The position numbers and the translations under genes were made by a program. The notes beneath the pieces were generated by a model. That model ran no database searches. It had not been told where the DNA came from and saw nothing but the letters and a program-made list of their open reading frames with translations. 64,000 bases of DNA. Origin: Promethearchaeota archaeon (lineage in GTDB: Archaea; Asgardarchaeota; Lokiarchaeia; Sigyniarchaeales; SOKP01). How positions within the stretch are numbered: the first letter of the stretch is position 1; each line of letters opens with the position of its first letter. The stretch lies in the NCBI GenBank assembly GCA_048939015.1, contig JBHLPW010000004.1, positions 50,663-114,662 on the forward strand, given 5' to 3'. Positions 58,781-64,000 of this stretch are shown piece by piece.

Positions 58781-60121
58781 ATGGTAGAAGTATATATTGA
58801 AGATACAAATCAAGGCATAAAAAATGCTGTTAACAGGATTTTTGATCAAATTGAAGAAAGAGGTACCTCCATTCTTAAAGATTCAAATCGAGTGTTTATT
58901 AAAGTTAATGGCATTGATTTTAAGAACCATACATATACATCTCCAGAAGTTTTAGAAGCTGTCATCCTTTATTTGAAAAATAGAAATGCGGAAGTTTTCG
59001 TAATGGAGAACTCCACACAAGCTAATTTAACAAGGATTGTATTTGAAATTACAGGATATAAAGACATTTGCAATAATAATGGAGCAAAAATAATATATTT
59101 GGATGAAGAAGATACCAAAACGTATGAATTTAATTATAAACCATCATCAGAGGAAGATTCAACAGGTTATAATTTAAAAACTTATAGATTGCCTACAACA
59201 ATCACCAATATTATTGAAAATAGAGATTCCCTTACATACATTAATTTGCCAAAATTAAAAACGCATAGTATGGCAGTTATAACTTTAGGAATTAAAAATC
59301 AATGGGGATTCCCCCAACATGCAGATCGTGGTAAGGATCATAATTATAATTTACATTCAAAATTGGTAGAAGTGTATGATTTGATTAGACCAGATATTAC
59401 AATTATTGATGGTACGGAGGGTACTATACATGGACATTATTCTCCCACAGCTTGGGAAAATGAATTAGTAATTCCCTTTAATATTTTAATAGGTGGAACT
59501 GACACTTTAGCTGTTGATATAGTAGGAGCCAGAATATTTGGATTATCTATGGATGAAGTTCCTCATTTAAAAATTGCATATGAACATGGACTAGGCGAAG
59601 GGGATTTAAAGAAAATTCAGGTTATTGGAAAAGATTTAGAGGAATATAAAGAAAAATATGAATGGGACATTGTTCAAAAATTTCCTGAGAATGTTAGAAT
59701 TGTTAGAGGCAAAGAACTCTTATGCAGAGAAGGTTGTCAAAATAATCCACTAATAATTTTACAAATTCTAGCTTTTGACCACCCAGATAAATTTAAAGGT
59801 GGCTGGTTTATCGTAATGGGGAAAGGTCATGATGAGGATTTAATCGATCAATTAAAAGCAGAAGGATATACTAAAGGATTAGTTGCAGGATATTGTGCAA
59901 TTGAAGAAGTTGGTCAAAAATTAAGGAAAGAATTTGGTAGAAGAAAAATATTTTTTTCCGGTGAATGTAATAATCTTGCAGACACGACTACAGCAGAATT
60001 AAAATTATCTGGTATGAGTGCTATGGATCTAGTACCGAAGATATCCTCTGAAAAGGTTATAGAAATCATACAAGAAGCCCAAAAACATGGTACTAAAGCA
60101 TTAATAACTACAGCATTCTAA
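58781..60121 (+). CDS. DUF362 domain protein
   Basis: VFIKVN, TSPEVL, INLPKLKTH, TLGIKN, IIDG, D.LAVD; C-terminal Cys residues. Confidence 0.85.
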   Translation: MVEVYIEDTNQGIKNAVNRIFDQIEERGTSILKDSNRVFIKVNGIDFKNHTYTSPEVLEAVILYLKNRNAEVFVMENSTQANLTRIVFEITGYKDICNNNGAKIIYLDEEDTKTYEFNYKPSSEEDSTGYNLKTYRLPTTITNIIENRDSLTYINLPKLKTHSMAVITLGIKNQWGFPQHADRGKDHNYNLHSKLVEVYDLIRPDITIIDGTEGTIHGHYSPTAWENELVIPFNILIGGTDTLAVDIVGARIFGLSMDEVPHLKIAYEHGLGEGDLKKIQVIGKDLEEYKEKYEWDIVQKFPENVRIVRGKELLCREGCQNNPLIILQILAFDHPDKFKGGWFIVMGKGHDEDLIDQLKAEGYTKGLVAGYCAIEEVGQKLRKEFGRRKIFFSGECNNLADTTTAELKLSGMSAMDLVPKISSEKVIEIIQEAQKHGTKALITTAF

Positions 60122-60168
60122 ATAATAAAAATTTGAATTAATTAATGATATGACAAAAATTTTTTAAA

Positions 60169-61986
60169 ATGACAGAACAAAATGAAGAAAAAATTCCAAA
60201 TGAATTAGTTTTGATAAAGCAATTCATTGATGAAGGCAAGAATGAAAGTGCCCTCCAATTAATAGATAACTTTGAGGAAAAAGGAAAGTTCACCCATTAT
60301 GAGATAATATCAAGCCATCTCCTCAAGTGCGAAATTTTAAATCTGCAAGGGCAATATGAAGATCTTGTCAAGTTTGCTGAACAAACGTATAAAGAGAGTT
60401 TAGAATTAGGTAGAAACCTTCTGTCAATTGATGCTTTAATGTGGTTAACTGTTGCTTTAATACAACTTTATAGAATAGAGGAAGCTTCTGATGTAATTAT
60501 GCAGGGAGAGGAACTTCTGAAAACCATGAAAGAAGAAGTACCAACGGATTACAAAAAAAGAAAGGCACGTATAATTTGGGTTAAAGGTATGTATAACAAT
60601 CAATTTTATAATCCAAATGGTGATATAGATATAGCTTTAGAACATTTTTATCAGAGTTTAGCACTAAGAGAAGAAATTGGAGATAAAGAGGGAACTGCTT
60701 GGTCTCTTATGAGTATTATATTCAACTTAGGTGTAGTAAAAGGTGAAACGGATATGGCATTAAAGTACATAGAGCGATTTTTGGAACTTGTTAAGAAAAA
60801 AGAGCTTAAAAATAAATTCTATATCGCATATGGCTTAACAAATATTCAAGCTGTATATTCCCTGAGAGGGGATCTAGATTCTAGTATTAAATATTATGAG
60901 CAAAGTGTGAAGGTTTTCAAAGAACTCAATAATAAACCCCAAGTAGCATATGGACTCCTCAATATAGGCGAAAAATATAGAGAAAAAGGAGAAATTGATC
61001 GTTGTTTAAAATATGCTCAAGAAGCACTAGAAATATTTAGTGAATTGGAAATGCTAATAGATCTTGCTAAAGCTTACTCTGTTATAGTTCAAATCCTAAT
61101 TGATAAGGGCGATTTTAAACTGGCACAGCAACAGCTTGACAATATGGAACAAATAAATAATCAATTAGACAATAAACAGGTTAATACAGGATATCTTTAT
61201 TATAAAGCTTTACTCTTGAAGACCAGTCCTCGAGCTAAAAACCGAGTGGAATCAGAAGAAATTTTAAAGCAGATAATTGAAGAAGAAGATTTTCAATTTC
61301 TCTTAGATGCTTTGCTAGAATTATGTGAACTATTACTAGTCGAATTACGCATGACCAATGATTTAGAGGTGTTAGAGGAGATCGAATCGTTTATCGCTCG
61401 TTTACTAGACGAATCTGAAAAAAGAAACTCTTATAACTTCTTAGCTAAAACGTATTTTCTGAAAGCAAAATTATCGTTAATAACATTAGATTTAAATAAC
61501 GCGCGACGCTTCTTGACCCAAGCTGAACAAATAGCAAAAAGGTGGAACTATAACTTATTGGCTACAAAAATCTCTAGTGAACATGATAAACTGATTAATC
61601 AATCAAATATGTGGGAAAATTTAAAAGATACAGAGGTTTCTTTAACAGAATGTATTAAACTAGCTGGTATAGATGAAAATCTGAGTCAGTTACTCCAAAA
61701 AAGTAGTAAATTCGCTACCAAAGTAAGAGAAGAGGAGGTAACAATACATAGAGAGCGCAAAATTTGTATAGTATGTAAAGGAGATGTATTAGGATATATG
61801 TATACCTGTAAATGTGATACGGTTTACTGTGAAAATTGTGCTCGGGCTTTAACTGATTTAGAAAACGCTTGTTGGGTATGCAATGCTCCGATTGATATGT
61901 CAAAACCTATAAAACCCTATGAAAAAGAAACAATGGAAGAAAAGGATATTATAGAAAAAACTGGTAGAAAACATAAAAATAAATAA
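60169..61986 (+). CDS. TPR-repeat protein with C-terminal RING-like Zn finger
   Basis: TPR patterns (ALEHFYQSLAL, SIKYYEQSV); CIVC...CKC...YCENC...CWVC. Confidence 0.8.
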   Translation: MTEQNEEKIPNELVLIKQFIDEGKNESALQLIDNFEEKGKFTHYEIISSHLLKCEILNLQGQYEDLVKFAEQTYKESLELGRNLLSIDALMWLTVALIQLYRIEEASDVIMQGEELLKTMKEEVPTDYKKRKARIIWVKGMYNNQFYNPNGDIDIALEHFYQSLALREEIGDKEGTAWSLMSIIFNLGVVKGETDMALKYIERFLELVKKKELKNKFYIAYGLTNIQAVYSLRGDLDSSIKYYEQSVKVFKELNNKPQVAYGLLNIGEKYREKGEIDRCLKYAQEALEIFSELEMLIDLAKAYSVIVQILIDKGDFKLAQQQLDNMEQINNQLDNKQVNTGYLYYKALLLKTSPRAKNRVESEEILKQIIEEEDFQFLLDALLELCELLLVELRMTNDLEVLEEIESFIARLLDESEKRNSYNFLAKTYFLKAKLSLITLDLNNARRFLTQAEQIAKRWNYNLLATKISSEHDKLINQSNMWENLKDTEVSLTECIKLAGIDENLSQLLQKSSKFATKVREEEVTIHRERKICIVCKGDVLGYMYTCKCDTVYCENCARALTDLENACWVCNAPIDMSKPIKPYEKETMEEKDIIEKTGRKHKNK

Positions 61987-62019
61987 ATTTTTTTAAAGAT
62001 ATTTAACGAATACATTATT

Positions 62020-62769
62020 GTGGATTTAAATTCTGTTTATTCTGAAGTAAAGCAACTCTTATCAATTTCTGATGAGAATTTCGATTTGGAACGTAATATT
62101 AACCACTATTACAAAACAGAGTCAGATGAGAATAAACTCGAAATTATTAGTGATATTTTCAGTTTTATAAACAAATTTTCAATGTTTAAGGACAATAAAC
62201 CTTTCATGAACTCATTGTACACATGTATTAATAATACTCTTGAGATTAAGCTAGATTCTATTTTTGATTTCGAAGAATTATTAGTTAAGAATTCCATTAT
62301 GCATTTTGTTCAAGAATACATCAATTACTCGAAATTAAACCATAAGGATCAAGTTTTAGAGTTTTTAGTTGATTCATTAGAAAAGCTACAAATAAATCCT
62401 TTAATAACGAATCTCGGCTTATTAATTAAACCAATGTATCAAGATCAAATATACCTCAATAATCTTGAAACTTTGAAAGGAGTTGAAGTTTCTTATAACT
62501 TGGCTAATGGTACAGAGATTCAAATTAAAAATGAAATTGATGATTGGCTAAAAATCCAAGATATTTGTTTAGATAACCAAGATAAGCTAAATTACCTTCT
62601 AAAGCAAGAGTTTAAAAATATCCTAGATAAATATAACATATCATTAGATTCTAAAAAGGCAAAAAAGCTAGAAGTAGAAGTAATAGAAATGCTTGCAATG
62701 AAATTAACGATGCTAAGCCTATTGGAAACCCTTCCCGATGAGTCTCTTGAGCCTATTCCTATAAAATAA
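62020..62769 (+). CDS. Hypothetical protein
   Basis: 249-aa ORF, predicted mostly helical, no recognised motif. Confidence 0.7.
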   Translation: MDLNSVYSEVKQLLSISDENFDLERNINHYYKTESDENKLEIISDIFSFINKFSMFKDNKPFMNSLYTCINNTLEIKLDSIFDFEELLVKNSIMHFVQEYINYSKLNHKDQVLEFLVDSLEKLQINPLITNLGLLIKPMYQDQIYLNNLETLKGVEVSYNLANGTEIQIKNEIDDWLKIQDICLDNQDKLNYLLKQEFKNILDKYNISLDSKKAKKLEVEVIEMLAMKLTMLSLLETLPDESLEPIPIK

Positions 62770-62915
62770 ATCTGTAGAAATCTTCTATTTTTTATTAAAA
62801 AATATTCTACTTCTTTCAGTTTGAAAGATATTTATGAAATAAACATAAAAATTATTAAATACGAATTTTGATATTATATTTAAAAAATCTCAATAATTTT
62901 TCAGATGTGAGTAGA

Positions 62916-64000
62916 TTGGGTGAAAATGAAAAACCTTTATCTCCTGAAGAAATACAGCAACAAAAAAAACTTATTGATGACCTTTATAAGAAAAAAAAGG
63001 AAGAAAGAGACGCCTATTTAAGAAATACAGAAGAAGAGAGAAAAAAATCATTCGAAGAAGGAAAAGAACATATTTCAGATTTAATAGATGAGAAAGCATT
63101 TAGAATTGATATTCAAAAAGAAACTACCGCAAAATTAAAAGAATTACATCCTGATTTGGAAGGGACAGCCGAGAGAATTGAAAAATCAGTTGGAGAAAAA
63201 GCCTTCATGATTGAAAAACAACGAGAACGAGATGGGCAACGGAGGGAACTGCACCCAGATATTGAGGGTACAGCTGAAAAAATTGAAAAATCTATTGAAG
63301 AGAAAGCTTTTCATATAACTAAAAGAAAAGAATTAGATGAACAGCGTGTTGCTCTTCATCCTGATTTAGAAGGTACAAGCGAGAAGATTGAAAAATCTGT
63401 TGGAGAGAAAGCTTTTATGATAGAGAAACGGAGAGAACAAGATGAAAAGCGCAAAGAGATACATCCTAACTTAGAAGCACCTGCTGAAGCTATAAGTAAA
63501 TCAGTTGGAGAAAAAGCCTTCATGATTGAAAAGCAACGAGAACGAGATGGGCAACGGAGGGAATTGCACCCAGATATAGAAGGTACAAGTGAGAAGATTG
63601 AAAAATCCATTGGAGAAAAAGCTTTTCGGATTGAAAAACAACGCGAAATTGATGAAAAACGCATTGAAATGCATCCAGATATTGAAAGTGTAAGTGAAAA
63701 GATTGAAAAATCTCTTGGAGATAAAGCATTTATGATAGAAAAACGAAGAGAACAAGATGAACAGCGTAAAGAAATACATCCAGACTTAGAAGCACCCGCT
63801 GAAGCTATAAGTAAATCAGTTGGAGAAAAAGCGTTTATGATAGAAAAACGGAGAGAACAAGATGAAAAACGTAAAGAAATACATCCAGACTTAGAAGTAC
63901 CCGCTGAAGCTATAAGTAAATCTGTTGGAGAAAAAGCGTTTATGATAGAAAAACGGAGAGAACAAGATGAAAAACGTAAAGAAATACATCCAGACTTAGA
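62916..64000 (+). CDS. Charged protein with 35-aa tandem repeats (3' partial; absent from the ORF track because it has no stop in the window)
   Basis: Open frame from TTG 62916 (or GTG 62907), reading MGENEKPLSPEEIQQQKKLIDD..., to the window end. Confidence 0.85.
   Translation, partial: MGENEKPLSPEEIQQQKKLIDDLYKKKKEERDAYLRNTEEERKKSFEEGKEHISDLIDEKAFRIDIQKETTAKLKELHPDLEGTAERIEKSVGEKAFMIEKQRERDGQRRELHPDIEGTAEKIEKSIEEKAFHITKRKELDEQRVALHPDLEGTSEKIEKSVGEKAFMIEKRREQDEKRKEIHPNLEAPAEAISKSVGEKAFMIEKQRERDGQRRELHPDIEGTSEKIEKSIGEKAFRIEKQREIDEKRIEMHPDIESVSEKIEKSLGDKAFMIEKRREQDEQRKEIHPDLEAPAEAISKSVGEKAFMIEKRREQDEKRKEIHPDLEVPAEAISKSVGEKAFMIEKRREQDEKRKEIHPDL
63147..64000 (+). repeat. 105-bp coding tandem repeat, at least 8 copies
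   Basis: His-Pro codons at 63147, 63252, 63357, 63462, 63567, 63672, 63777, 63882 and 63987. Confidence 0.95.

Noticed and set aside
63356-63779. Minus-strand ORFs at 63356, 63501 and 63520
   Set aside because: They are antisense shadows of the plus-strand repeat protein.
63147-64000. Regularly spaced repeats as a CRISPR array
   Set aside because: Units are contiguous 105-bp in-frame copies with synonymous variation and no unique spacers; no cas genes are present.
1-64000. Selenoprotein UGA read-through or SECIS elements, which are known in Lokiarchaeia
   Set aside because: The TGA-ending genes look complete and are not selenoprotein families; I saw no convincing SECIS.

Overview
AT-rich archaeal chromosomal segment that looks like Asgard archaea (Lokiarchaeia-like), inferred from an eL22-like ribosomal protein, four Rab-like small GTPases, a longin-roadblock protein and archaeal information-processing genes (aIF2-gamma, aIF1A, Spt5, TFS). 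It holds about 60 CDSs, mostly housekeeping or metabolic: Hrq1-like helicase, aldehyde:ferredoxin oxidoreductase, three acyl-CoA dehydrogenases, penicillin acylase, form III RuBisCO with R15P isomerase, UvrC and ABC exporters. I saw no mobile element, tRNA or CRISPR array. The main find is non-coding: a circularly permuted 5S rRNA gene at 25124-25244 (- strand). Its 3' part precedes its 5' part, joined by a UUAG loop, inside a processing stem. A bulge-helix junction in that stem would, if spliced, regenerate loop C exactly and give a 121-nt circle. Other notable items are a circularly permuted Rab-like GTPase (G3-G4-G5-G1-G2), four genes that appear to start at ATT/ATA/ATC codons, an HhH-fused aIF2-gamma, and a protein with 35-aa tandem repeats that runs off the window end. 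All calls come from reading motifs by eye; no database search was run, so novelty is unverified.
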